Part shown: in pieces, positions 13,182 through 25,357 of the stretch | How positions within the stretch are numbered: the first letter of the stretch is position 1 | Layout of the letters: each line of letters opens with the position of its first letter | Program-made: the position numbers and the translations under genes | The notes under the pieces: model-generated | What the model saw: only the letters and a program-made list of their open reading frames with translations | Databases searched by the model: none | Told to the model about the DNA's origin: nothing | Assembly (NCBI GenBank): GCA_951406725.2 | Contig: OX597817.1 | Coordinates: forward strand, 150,040,001 to 150,104,000 | Origin: Octopus vulgaris | Lineage: Eukaryota | Direction: 5' to 3' | DNA: 64,000 bases

Positions 13182-13402
13182 TCCTTTTGTTACCATATTT
13201 CTGTTGAAACACACTGCCTGCGTTCCAGTTAATTTTTTAGATGATAAAGAATTTTGTAAAATAACTTGGTCATTAGTAAGCTAGTGTTTGGAACATAAAG
13301 TAACATGAAATTTTGGTGGAAAGTTTTGAGATCATTTTAAAACAGGAAGTTTGTGACATAAAGGAGCCAAGGGCAGTCTCAGGCAGGTTGGTATTGAAAG
13401 GG
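13182..13402. mobile_element. piggyBac-type MITE (TTAA TSD)
   Basis: TTAA|tccttttgttacca...tattgaaaggg|TTAA; related to 54460-54681 and 58472-58940. Confidence 0.75.
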
Positions 13403-13439
13403 TTAAAAGTGTGGAAAGGCAAGCATGCCTTCTTAGTTA

Positions 13440-14135
13440 GTTAGTTCTCTACATGCCATGAGACACATAAGGCCACAACACAATCTCTCCAACTAGCACT
13501 ATTTTCTGTCACAGTTTTTCTATCATTCTAGCTTTACCACTCTTCTCGCTGTCTTTCCTTGTCAATGGTCCTTTGCTATGTGGTTTTGAGGAGCCCTGCT
13601 GCTCTTTTTCCTCCAGGAAAGTGCCACTTTAGTGCCACTCTAGATTTGCTATATAACAGGCTTTAGAAGCTGTGATCTTTGTATCCCAGAGAAGTATTAC
13701 AGCTTTTAGCATTTTTGTGAGTAAAAGATTGGAATGGTAAATTCCTGCAGACATTTCCATTAATATTTATTGTGAAATTCTGTCTGAGGACATCTCCAAT
13801 CTAGTTTCAGCATCTGCATCGTATTTCATCACTTATCACCTTGTCATCTCAATTCAAACACTTTTGCAGCCAAAGTCAAGTATTCTCCATAACCATGTGA
13901 GGTGGAAGCTGTCTATTGTTTTCCCTTCCACTTTTGTCACTTTCCTGTTTTCACATCCATAGAGTAATCCTGGTCAGACCAATGTCTTGAACAGCTTCCA
14001 TTTCCCACCCTAAACCTTTGCTTCTCCACACCTTTCTTAGACTGTAGAATGCTCTCCAGACTTTGGATATTCTATTCTTTAAGTCCTCTCTTTTGCCCCT
14101 GGCTTTCTTGACTGTCACTCTTAGGTAAACAAATT
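13440..14135 (-). mobile_element. decayed non-LTR retrotransposon (RTE-like) RT 3' portion
   Basis: IKEFVYLRVTV...DLKNRISKVWRAFYSLRKVWRSK matches the FxYLG...IxxRIxKAxxAFxxLxxxW region downstream of the LINE RT domain. Confidence 0.75.
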
Positions 14136-14707
14136 CTTTTATCATAGAAATATTAGACAGCAACTTGGCAACTATAAATTCTTATTGTATTTTCAACACC
14201 ATTTACTCTTTTAGTCTATATATAGTTTGTTTATATACAGATAGTTGGGTTGGAATGACAATACTTGTGGAGTTATCTTTTGTATTACTTTCTCCTTTTG
14301 TAAATTTTGATCAGGTTTTGTCATTGTTATTTGGGTGAGTCCTGATTGAGCAGAACTGTAATCAAAATCATTCTATTTTTAAGACAGCGGAATGTAATAT
14401 GGGGGAGATTTGACTGTTATTTCTAACAGGTCAATGACCATGTAAATGACCTCTCATAGATTTTGGGACCTTTGCTGGTCTGTGAATATTGAGAGGATGA
14501 TGACAGAATAAATAGATTTTAGTTATGTTTTCTGTAATGTAGATATTGAGTTATTGGAAATTAAAAAAAGCAAATCTTTGTTAAAGTGTGTGTACAATGA
14601 ATAAGGAAATAGCTTTAGACAGCAACAACAGCTCAGAATAGAGAGAGAGAGAGAAAGAGCAAGATAAAATAACAATTACCATGACATGTGAGGGAAAATT
14701 GTAGATA

Positions 14708-15102
14708 GGTACAGATGTCACTGTGTGGTAAGAAGTTTCTTCAAAACCACATAGTTTCAGGTTCAGTCCCACTGCATGGCACCATGGGCTGGTGTCTTCT
14801 ACTTATAACCTCGGGCTGACCAAAGCTTTGTGAGTGGATTTGGTAGATGGAAACTGAAAGAAGCCCATCGAATATATACACACATATATATATACAAACA
14901 CACAAATGTGCATGTGTGTGTGTGTCTTTGTTCTTGTGTTTCTCCCCCTCCCCCATCACCATTTGACAACCGGTGTTGGTGTGTTTACATCTCTGTAACT
15001 TAGCAGTTTGACAAAAGACATTAACAAAATAAGTAGTGGGGTACATATTTTCAAGGTGGTACCCCAGCATAGCCGTAGTCTAATGACTGAAGCAAGTAAA
15101 AG
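14708..15102 (+). mobile_element. tRNA-derived SINE flanked by ~120-bp direct repeats
   Basis: Same family as 11165; flanking repeats at 14583-14705 and 15132-15247. Confidence 0.85.
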
Positions 15103-15407
15103 GTTTGTGCCTATGTACCTGTCTTGTTCAGAAAGTGTGTGTGTGTGTATTGAATAAGGAAATAGCTTTATTCAGCAACAACCGCCCAGAATAGAGCGAG
15201 AGCAAGATGAAATAACAGTTCCATGACATGTAAGAGAAAATTATAAACAATAGTCACATCCTAGCAGCATATTATATAGATGTGTATTGTAGTTTGTAAA
15301 TGTTAACCTAGCAACACATCGAAACTGTTCTGAAGATGGAAATGGCAAAACACCTTTTATTTTTTTCATGTCTGTCATTCATTCTCAACAAGCATATATT
15401 ATACAAT

Positions 15408-15449
<42 letters not shown>

Positions 15450-18062
15450 AGATAAAGAACATAAGGTGCACGATTCTCTTTACTACTGAATGGGGGTGGG
15501 GTGGGAGTGGGGGTCTGTGTCCCTGTTGCGTGTGTAAAGTGAATGAAATTGGCTGAAGACAAAAACCAAGGAATGCTTAGGACAAAGTGGTGAAGATGTA
15601 TTTGAAGTTGTTGCATCTTATGCAGAAGACATACCTTCCTGTCCAGGCATTGTGGAACAAGTGTTCGTGTATATGTGTCTAAGTGTCTATATGTATATTT
15701 AGGCTTGTACGATACATACAAACTTTTAATGCTTATAGGTACATATATGTGTGAGTGTGTATATGTATGTGTATGTGTGTATATATGTACAAATATATTT
15801 ATTATATTTATAAATAGTTAGAAGTTCGTAAATCCAAAAAAGAAGTACCTATATGGCAAAGTGCTTAATAGATATGAAACTAGTGGTCTCTCTCTGACCA
15901 ACCAAAACAATCAGCTTCCTAAATACACACACAAACACGTGTGTATGTGTGTGTGTTGTAATGGTATATCTGTGTGTGTGTATGCATATACAAAGTGTTA
16001 TGGCTACATTTTTGACCCCACCCCCATATAGCTTCTAATACCCCTATCAATCACCACTCCATGCCCCTTTAATCTCATGTCTCTAGTGTTTGTGCCTCTA
16101 TTGCCCATCTCTCATCCCAACTCTTCTTAAATGCTGATGTAACTAAGGATAACACTGGATCTCCTTTGGCTCACCATAAATAGCTTCTAGTGTAACTAGA
16201 AATGCCATGACCCTCTCTCAATATTCCATCCTTTCCTCCCTCACTGTCATGACACCAGTTCTCTTGCCATCATGAAGCATTCCCCAGGGGATCTCGTCAC
16301 ACCTGTATATACCTCACACACTCTATCTGTATTCCTCCTTGGCTGCTTGGAACTGACATCCATTATTCACTCTTGCCATTTATCCACCTCTTGCTACCCA
16401 TCACTCTGTCTCCCATCCTCTCTAATTCTCCTGCCATGATAAAATGTACTCGATACTCTCTGTTGTGCACCGTTTGGTGCCGGTATCTTTAAAATATGCA
16501 CCCACTGCATTCTGTAAAGTTGCTGGTGTTAGGAATGGTGCCAAGCTGCGGAAACAAAACCAAAGATTAAACTTGTGAGTGAGGTGTGGTTCCCTGACCC
16601 ATTGTGGAGAATAGAAATAACCCATTTAACCCTGCCTGTGTGGGTAGAGTTCCCTCTCCCCTTTTCCTTCTTCCATACACTCCTAGTTTCTCTGTCCCCA
16701 CCCCTACTCACTTTGCACGTTGAGATGCCACCTGGACACCTCATCACGACTATTTGACTTTTTTGTAGCTGCTAACAATTTATATATAACTCTATCGCAA
16801 ATGAGAGTAGCCATGTTGCCCCTCTAAAACTAGAACCTACTCTGCCTCAACCCCATTTTACATACCTTAAGCCCTATCTGCAAGCATAACGCCCCACCTC
16901 CCAGGTCTTGTAGATTTGTCAGCTGCATGGCAACTTCACTAGTGCTAGTAGCACAAGAAAAGCACCCAGTATATATTGTAAAGTGTTTGGCATTAGAAAG
17001 GGCATCCAGCTATAGAAGCCATGCCAAAGCAGACTTTGGAGCATGATGTAGTCCCTGGACACATTAGATCCTGTTAAACTGTCCAACCCATACCAGCATG
17101 GAATATGGCCATTAAAAGATAATCACACACATAGTTTGTATTGAGTTATTACAAGAGATTTTCCTCAGCCACATAATTGTGTAGCAGCTTCAGCCAAGCA
17201 CACTTTTGTCATCATCCTAAGATAAGAGGGCGGCAGAGCACTCTCTCCATTAGAGACATTATGGCAAGCAGCTTCTTTGTGTGGTTAAACCAAGTGTCAA
17301 TCTGATTACCATCCATGCCTTTAGAAGTTTGAAGTTGTTCAAGAAGTAACCATGGATACAAGTGGACAGAGAAGAGTCAGCCGCAGTCACACACTTGGAA
17401 GAACAATGCTTAATAAGTGATTGTTCGTTTATGATAAATTTACTGATGAAGAATTCTGAACTATTAATGTCTTACAAAGAGTTGTAAATCTTCCTTTCCC
17501 AATTTTGAAGAGACAATCTTGAAATGCCAGTAGCAAAGCCACTTATTATGGCAAGCCTAAGTGTTGGAATTAGTGATGGATGATATACCAGAATGCAGTG
17601 AAATATATATATGTAGGCGCAGGCATGGCTGTGTGGTTAGGGAGCTTGCTTCCTAGCTACATGGTTTTGGGTTCAGTCCCACTGCGTGGCACTTACGGTA
17701 GGTGTCTTTCACTATAGCCCCGAATCGACCGAAGCTTTGTGATTGAATTCGGTAGGCGGGAGTTACTGCCACAAGTGTGTATGTGTGCGTATAGCTGCTC
17801 AGTGCCTCTCTGAAAGAGAGAGAGAGGGAATATATCTAATATATGATAAAAATTTTCGAAAAAAATTTTTATCAATGGCCAGCATATTAAGAAAATACCT
17901 TTAAAGGTTAAATTTCATAAACAACTTATAAACAAGGACAAAAGAAAAAATTCCAATGCCAAATATGCCGAAATATAGACTTATTCGTCAATAACTATAT
18001 AATTTATCACTATAAGCACGCATCTCGAAAGCAAGCCAATAGAAATTTTTTTTTTAATTTTA

Positions 18063-18124
18063 TTATCGGATCGGTCCCAATTTCTAAGTTAATTCATTTA
18101 GAATTTTCTCATCATCAACGATAA
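18063..18124 (-). ncRNA. type I hammerhead ribozyme (C3->T variant)
   Basis: Minus strand: ttatcg TTGATGA tgag..aattc taaat gaatt..ctta GAAA ttgg ga ccga TC cgataa. Confidence 0.7.
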
Positions 18125-18674
18125 ATACGATACTTACTTGCACCCATGGAAGAAGTAAATACTAAGTCATGAGTACATTTAAGTACCCCAAATATATCCA
18201 AAATAGAAATTCAACAGCATACCACGAGACATGTGTGATCGAACTGAAAATTCTCATAGAGTGAGAGAGTCCGGAAGTGAATAGTATTAAATTTATATCT
18301 AATATAGGATAAAAATTTTCAAAAAAATTGACGAATAAGTCTATATTACGGCATATTTGGCATTGGAATTTTTTCTTTTGCCCTTGTTTATGAGTTGTTT
18401 ATGAAATTTAACCTTTAAAGGTATTTTTTTAATATGCTGGCCATTAATAAAAATTTTTTTCAAAAATTTTTATCCTATATTAGATATAAATTTAATACTA
18501 TTCACTTCCGGACTCTCTCACTCTATGAGAATTTTCAGTTCGATCACACGTGTCTCATGGTATGCTGTTGAATTTCTATTTTGGATATATTTGGGATACT
18601 TAAATGTACTCATGACTTAGTATTTACTTCTTCCATGGGTGCAAGTAAGTATCTCATTTATTTCCTTATCGTAT

Positions 18675-18736
18675 TTATCGCTGATGACGAGAAAATTCTA
18701 AATGAATTAACTCAGAAATTGGGACCGATCCGATAA
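18675..18736 (+). ncRNA. type I hammerhead ribozyme
   Basis: ttatcg CTGATGA cgag..aattc taaat gaatt..ctca GAAA ttgg ga ccga TC cgataa: intact core, 6-bp stem I, predicted cleavage after 18730. Confidence 0.85.
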
Positions 18737-19104
18737 TAACGAAATTTTTTAGACATGTCTATCGGCATGCTTTCGAGATGCATGCTTATAGTGATAAATT
18801 ATATGGTTATTGACGAATAAGTCTATATTTCGGCATATTTGGCATTGGAATTTTTTCTTTTGCCCTTGTTTATAAGTTGTGTATATATATATATATATAT
18901 ACACCTTTCTGTAGTGACACTGTTCATCACAGTTTCTACAGCTGGCTTAATGAATATGAACGGCTGTGACAAGAATGATGTTTGATGCATAAAAATCAAA
19001 GACTGTGATTGTTGTTATAGGTAGCAACCAAGATGTTATCATGAATAGCTTTAATTTGATGAGATCTGTCTGGCAACAACATCATGGCTGCTATTGACCC
19101 TTTT

Positions 19105-19912
19105 GTTGGCACGTAGAAAACACCATTTGAGTGTGGACAATGCCAGTGTCGCCTGACTGGCACCTATACCAGAGTCATGTAAAGAGCACCCACTATATTG
19201 ACAGAGTGGTTTGTGTTAGAAAGGGCATCCAGCTGTAGAAACTCTCCCAAATCAGACTGGAGCCTGGTGCGGCTTCCTGGCCTGCTAGTTCTTATTGAAA
19301 TCGTCCAACACATGCTAGCATTGAAAGCAGACGTTAAATGACAATGATATATATATATATTTGTGCATGAGGAGACCTATTGAGTCAAGCACATCAACAT
19401 CAAAATAAATATCAAATGGAAATTGTAGTTGTGATACCTGTGCCAGTGGCACATATAAAGCACCCACTATACTCACGGAGTGGTTGGCATTAGGAAGGGC
19501 ATCCAGCTGTAGAAACACTGCCAGATCAGACTGGAGCCTAGTGCAGCCACCTGGCTTCCCAGACCCCGGTCGAACCGTCCAACCCGTGCTAGCACGGAAA
19601 ACGGACGTTAAACGATGATGATGATATATATATATATTTATATATCATCATCGTTTAGCGTCCACTTTCCATGCTAGCACGGATTGGACGGTTCAACTGG
19701 GGTCTGGGAAGCCAGAAGGCTGCACCAGGCCCAGTCTGATCTGGCAATGTTTCTACGGCTGGATGCCCTTCCTAATGCCAACCACTCTGTGAGTGTAGTG
19801 GATGCTTTTTATGTGCCACCGGCACAGGTGCCAGACGAGGCTGGCAAATGGCCACGATCAGATCGTGCTTTTCACATGCCACCGGCACGAGACCAGTCGA
19901 GGTGGCGCTGGC
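19105..19912. mobile_element. three RTE 3' tails: 19105-19348 (+), 19367-19625 (+), 19645-19912 (-)
   Basis: All match the RTE 3' UTR; the last two are tail-to-tail across a short (TA)n. Confidence 0.9.
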
Positions 19913-20448
19913 ATATATATATATATATATGTAATTCAAATTTATTGAAAAACAAAGACAGGTGTAGGAACAACAAGCAAGTGTATTTGTTTGACAAATG
20001 GAAAAGTCTTTTATGTTTCGAGCCCACACTCTTTGACAAAAAGGAACAAGAAAAAACAACATGTCAAGTTCAGTGGTCCAGTAATATTACAGTGATGTGC
20101 AGACATTCGCAGTTATAGAGAAATCAACACTTGAAGAGACAGCTCAAGATTATGACTTACTGCAGTTTCGTTTGGTGTTAAAATCATAGTAAAGCTTACT
20201 TGTAATACTATTATTGATATATCTTCAGAAATGGAGATGATGATGTATGATAAGGTGAGGGTGAATGGAGACGGGAGTGAGGATCGGTCTAGTTCACTAG
20301 GTCATAAAATAAAACAAACCAGAATACAAAAGTCAACTGTGTAGACATATGAAATAAAATACGATAAATATAAGATAGAAAGAAATGGAAATATATGAGG
20401 GCTGTATAAACACATTTACACATAGATACATAAATTCTAAGACAAGAT

Positions 20449-20833
20449 AGGCGTAGGAGTGGCTGTGTGGTAAATAGCTTGCTTACCAACCACATGGTTC
20501 TGGGTTCAGCCCCACTGAGTGGCACCTTGGGCAAGTGTCTTCTACTAAAGCATTGGACCAACCAAAGTCTTGTGAGTGTATTTGGTAAACGGAAACTGAA
20601 AGAAGCACATTGCACATCTGTGTGTGTGTTTGTGTCCCCCCCCCATCACCACTTGACAACTGGTATTGGTGTGTTTACATCCCTGTAACTTAGCGGTTCA
20701 GCAAAAGTGACCAATAGAATAAGTACCAGGCTTAAAAAAAGAAGCACTGGTGTCAATTCATTTGACTAAAAATTCAAAGCAGCACTCCAGCATGGCCACA
20801 GTCTAATGACTGAAACAGGCAAAAGATAAAAGA
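20449..20833 (+). mobile_element. tRNA-derived SINE
   Basis: Full-length match to the family at 11165, 34072 and 49676. Confidence 0.9.
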
Positions 20834-21323
20834 TATGAATGTACCATATTTTTGGTCATGTATGAGGCACACTGCTTTATACTTGATTTTAAATGAAAAA
20901 ACTGGGGTCCAACATATACATAAGGAAAAGTGTGAATTCAGTGTGTCTTAAATCCGGGTTTTGTCCCCATTAATGGGGGTGGCTAGATCTACCTCAATGC
21001 CATAGCAACCAAGGTAGGCAGGTGCACCCACCCCAACCTTTGGGCTGGCTGATGCCCATTCTCCTTTGCTGTCCTGAGGTTTTTTTTGGAGCTGGATTTT
21101 CTATGGGGAGCATGCCCTTGCTTACCCCCAACCTCAGTTTCTAGACACGAGTGGTCCCAAGACCAAGGCCTCTACCACGATTTTTAAGAAATGTAGTGGA
21201 AAACTAGCTCAGGAAGGCAGGGATGCTACTCATTGAGACCCCTTTGGGAGCCCCGCTACCATTATGAAGGAAATATGAATATGAAAAGGAAAATATTTGT
21301 ATCATAATTTAACACTAAATTAA

Positions 21324-21511
21324 CCCTTTAACATTTGAACCGGTCATATCCAGCCCAAATATTCTGTTTTATGCTTAAACCAGCTGGACTCAGCTTTTCC
21401 CAACTACCCTACAATGTCAAATCTTGAAATGATGAGATTATGCATGATTAACTCAAAGCAATGTGGATAAATAAGCATTACATATGACAGAGTAATCTAA
21501 ATGCTTAAGGG
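21324..21511 (+). mobile_element. piggyBac-type MITE nested in the internal TTAA of an older copy of the same family
   Basis: TTAA|cccttta...taaggg|TTAA; the outer copy continues at 21516-21700 and ends near 23190 (gctaaagag|ttaa). Confidence 0.75.
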
Positions 21512-21704
21512 TTAAAACAGCTATATCTGGCTTGTATATTCAGCCTGTTTTATATTCAAACTGACCAGATCCAGCCTTTCACACCAATCCTATACTGCCA
21601 TTCTAAAAATAAACACTCACAACATCAGCATCTTGAAGCTATGAAATAATACATGATTAATTCAAAACAATGTGAATATATATTATATATTATATTACAT
21701 TATA

Positions 21705-21933
21705 CAGGGTGTTTAAAAATTTTTTAATATCATTTCACAATCTAATAACTTTGCCAGTTCTTGTTCAAATGACTTCAAATTTTAACAGCATATGTAGAAA
21801 CAGGTCAAAAGTTTATGTTTAATGTTTGATATGTTTATCTTTTCAGGTATAGGAATGGCATTCACTGGAAGAGAAAAGGCCTTTTGTGTGTTGGAGTATG
21901 CTCGAACAAATGCAGCGTGCATTTGTAAGAGAG
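21705..21933 (+). mobile_element. Tc1/mariner-superfamily element 5' end with transposase N-terminus
   Basis: TA|CAGGGTG terminus; ATG at 21855 gives MAFTGREKAFCVLEYART..QRAF, typical of the DUF4817-like HTH of these transposases. Confidence 0.75.
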
Positions 21934-21934
21934 C

Positions 21935-23145
21935 TTGGATGGTGCTTTTTACATGCCACCGACATGGAGAGCCAGTCAGGCAGCACTGGCAATGACCCAT
22001 GCATGAATGGTGCTTATGGCGTGCCACTAGCACGGGAGTCAGTCAGGCGGCACTGGCATTGGCCACAACCACAATTCTCATTTTTGATTTCGATTTGATT
22101 AAAATTCAGATTGTGGTTTTTGATTTTATATTATATTATAGATTATATATTATTATATATCATATATATTATGACCTCTGGAGATATGCTGTGCTTAAGA
22201 AGACTCGACAAGCCAAGTGAGATCATACCCATGGCCGATGCCAGTGCCACATAACTGACCCATTTAAAAGTACCCTTCAGCCATCATGCAATATGCTGTG
22301 CTTGAGAAGACTTGTTGAGTCAAGTGAAATCGCAGTCATGGCTGATATCAGTGCCACCTGACTGGCACTCGTGCTGGTGGCACAAAAAAGCACCATTTGA
22401 TCGTGGCTAATGCTAGTGCTGCCTGACTAGCACCCATTTGAGCATGGCCAATGCCAGTGCCACCTGACTGACTCCTGTGCCAGTGGCATGTATAAAGTAT
22501 CATTCGAGTATGGCCAATTCCAGTGCTGTTTGACTGGCACCCATGCCAGTCATCATCATCATCATTTAACATCCATTTTCCACGTTGGTAGGGGTTGGAC
22601 GGTTCAACTAGGGTCTGGGAAGCCAGGAGGTTGCACCAGGCTCCAGTCTGATCTGGCAGTGTTTCTACAGCTGGATGCCCTTCCTAACACCAACTACTGT
22701 GAGAGTGTAGTGGGTGCTTTTTTATGTGCCACCAGCAGAGGTTGCTGGCATCAACCACGTTTGAATGGTGCTTTTATGTGCCAAGCATGGTCAATGCCAG
22801 TGCCACCTGGCTGGCTCCCGTGCCAGTGGTGTGTAAAAAGCATCATTCAAGCATGGTCAATACCAGTGCCACCTGACAGGTTCCCATGCCAGTGGCACGT
22901 AAAAAGCACCATTTGAGCATGGCCGATGCCAGTGCCACTTGACTGACTCCCATACCAGTGGCACGTAAAAAGCACCCACTACACACTCGGAGTGGTTGAC
23001 GTTAGAAAGAGCATCCACCTGTAGAAACTTTGCCAGGTTGGATTGGAGCCTGGGTGCAGCCTCCTGACTTGCCAGTCCTCAGTCAAACCGTCCAGCCCAT
23101 GCCAGCATGGAAAGAGTACATTATGCAACAATAATGAAGATGATT
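21935..23145. mobile_element. cluster of alternating-orientation RTE 3' UTR fragments with internal ~60-bp subrepeats
   Basis: Repeated gccagtgccacctgactggc...ggcacgtaaaaagcacc units; (CAT)n tail at 22551 and (GAT)n-like tail near 23135. Confidence 0.85.
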
Positions 23146-23621
23146 GATTATATGTTATACTAACAGAATAATCTAAATGCTAAAGAGTTAAGTATATGAC
23201 TTTTACACAAATGCAACTTATATACAAATAAATATGATCATTGGAATATTTATCTTTCGGTTTCAGAGGAAACCACTAAGTGTCAATTATCTGAACATAT
23301 AGTGTATTAAACAGTTGGTGGTTTATTCAATATGAAACAATGAATAAAATTAGGTTGATAACATGTTATTTGTTAATCATTTAACTTAATTGGTTTAGTT
23401 ATAAAAGGAGTAGGTTCAAAGACAGTATGTTATTTCAAAATGGTTAATTATAGAGTTGATCAAAACCTGTGAGGTTTTAACTTGAGCAATTACATCAAAA
23501 AAGAAAGGTGTTCTAGATTTAGATGAATGAATTATGCTATAGCATACGGGAGGGGGTGCTGAGAAGTTCCTTGCTTTGGGTAAAAAAGGATAGACACATT
23601 AAATACCATAGTCATAAATAT

Positions 23622-23830
23622 ACTCTTTTCTACTCTAGGCCTGAAATTTGGCGGAAGGGGACCAGTCGATTAGACCGACCCCAGTATGCAACTGGTAGTT
23701 AATTTATTGACCCCGAAAGGATAAAAGGAAAATTTGACCTTGGTGGAATTTGAACTCAGAATGCAGTGGCAGATGGAATACTGCTAAGCATTTTACCCAA
23801 TATGCTAATGATTCTGCCAGCTCACTGCCG
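23622..23830 (-). mobile_element. tRNA-derived SINE (Meta-like domain)
   Basis: Matches 5023 and 51168 copies. Confidence 0.8.
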
Positions 23831-23901
23831 TATAGTCCTAAATATACAGTTTGGGAAATGAGGCTGTATAGTCAAAGATGAAACTGTGAGTGTGTGTTTG
23901 T

Positions 23902-24212
23902 GAAGGCGCATGGCTCAGTGGTTAGAGCATCAAGCTCACAATCACGAGGTAGTGAGTTCAATTCCCAGATCAGACTGTATGTTGTGTTCTTGAGCAAGGC
24001 TGTAGAAATGTGCTGCAGCATCACTGGCACCAAGCTGTATCAGCCCCTTTGCTTTTCCCTTGGATAACATCAGTAGCATGGAGAAGGGAGGCTGGTTTGC
24101 ATGGGCAACAGCTGGTCTTCCACCATTAACAACCTTGCCCAGACTTGTGCCTCAGAGGGTAACTTTCTGAGTGCAATCCCAAAGTCATTCATGACCAAAG
24201 GGGGTCTTTACC
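23902..24212 (+). mobile_element. tRNA-derived SINE
   Basis: ggcgcatggctcagtggttagagc...gagttcaattccc head; homologous to 8385-8712. Confidence 0.85.
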
Positions 24213-24283
<71 letters not shown>

Positions 24284-24716
24284 CTTTTATTTGTTTCAGT
24301 CATTTGACTGCGGCCATGCTGGAGCACCACCTTTAGTTGAGCAAATCGACCCCAGGACTTATTCTTTGTAAGCCTAGTACTTATTCTATCAGTCTCTCTT
24401 GCCAAACCACTAAGTGACGGGGACATAAACATACCAGCATCAGTTGTCAAGCGATGTTGGGGAGACAAACACAGACACACAAACATATATATATATATCA
24501 TCATCGTCGTTTAACGTCCGCTTTCCATGCTAGCATGGGTATATATATATATATATACGACAGGCTCCTTTGAGTTTCTGTCTACCAAATCCACCCACAA
24601 GGCTTGGGTCAGCCTGAGGCTATAGTAGAAGACACTTGCCCAAGGTGCCACATGGTGACACTGAACCCGGAACCATGTGGTTAGTAAGCAAGCTACTTAC
24701 CACACAGCCACTCCTG
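24284..24716 (-). mobile_element. tRNA-derived SINE with a ~40-bp RTE tail inserted in its internal (TA)n
   Basis: Family of 11165; catcatcgtcgtttaacgtccgctttccatgctagcatggg at about 24499-24539. Confidence 0.85.
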
Positions 24717-25072
24717 TATGTATGTCTGTGTACGAGGATGTGTTGAAAATTCCCTGGCTTTACAGTGTGGACTTGATGCTTTTAAGTGGCACCTGCATTG
24801 ACAGGGTCACCAAGTACTTGCAAGACATTAAAAAAAAGTGAGCCTGTAGTTGTGGCTGATGCTAGTGTCGCATCAATGGCACCCTTCCTAGTGGCACATA
24901 AAAAACACCTGCTACACTCCTGGAGTGGTTAGCATTAGGAAAGGCATCTAGCCATAGAAACCTTGCCAAATCAGATTGGGACCAGGTGCAGCTCCCCGGC
25001 TTACCAGTTTTCATTCAAACCATCCAAGCCATGCCAGCACGGAAAGTGGAAATTTAAAAAATGATGATGATG

Positions 25073-25122
<50 letters not shown>

Positions 25123-25269
25123 CTCTCAGAGTCAGAGAGTGAATATACTACTATCATGTTCTTAAGAATGAAACCAACCTCTTTGTCTATATATCTACCC
25201 TCTTTATAATGTTGGCAAATGAAATAGGGATAAGAATGTGCATTGTCCATTTGACTGGAAAATTCTATA

Positions 25270-25357
25270 AGTGGCTGAAGAGTACTCGACATTTTAAAAC
25301 TGATGTAATACTTACAGTGTTTAATAAAATGAAGTAGCATGAAACAATTGTACTATT
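25270..25357 (+). ncRNA. type I hammerhead ribozyme in a pLTR-like remnant between (TA)n tracts
   Basis: agtgg CTGAAGA gtact..catttta...taaaatg.agtagcat GAAA caattg TA ctatt; downstream tggatat.c.tgttgcttattttgatt is shared with the element at 37525. Confidence 0.7.

Larger units (their letters stand above)
17831..18880. mobile_element. hammerhead-bearing, circularly permuted inverted repeat element (~463-482 bp monomer; retrozyme/Penelope-like non-autonomous element)
   Basis: Left arm 17831-18328 repeats its start at 18294 (period 463); right arm 18328-18880 is the reverse complement in another register and repeats its start at 18810 (period 482); each arm has one hammerhead; ends at (TA)n. 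Confidence 0.85.

Noticed and set aside
17436-17540. CTGATGA at 17443 and GAAA at 17521 as a hammerhead
   Set aside because: Stems I and III pair poorly; could be an old remnant but cannot be supported.
19930-20200. Two hammerhead-like half motifs on the minus strand (gctcGAAAcat; GAAActgcagTA)
   Set aside because: The CTGANGA core is missing or heavily altered; probably retroelement debris.
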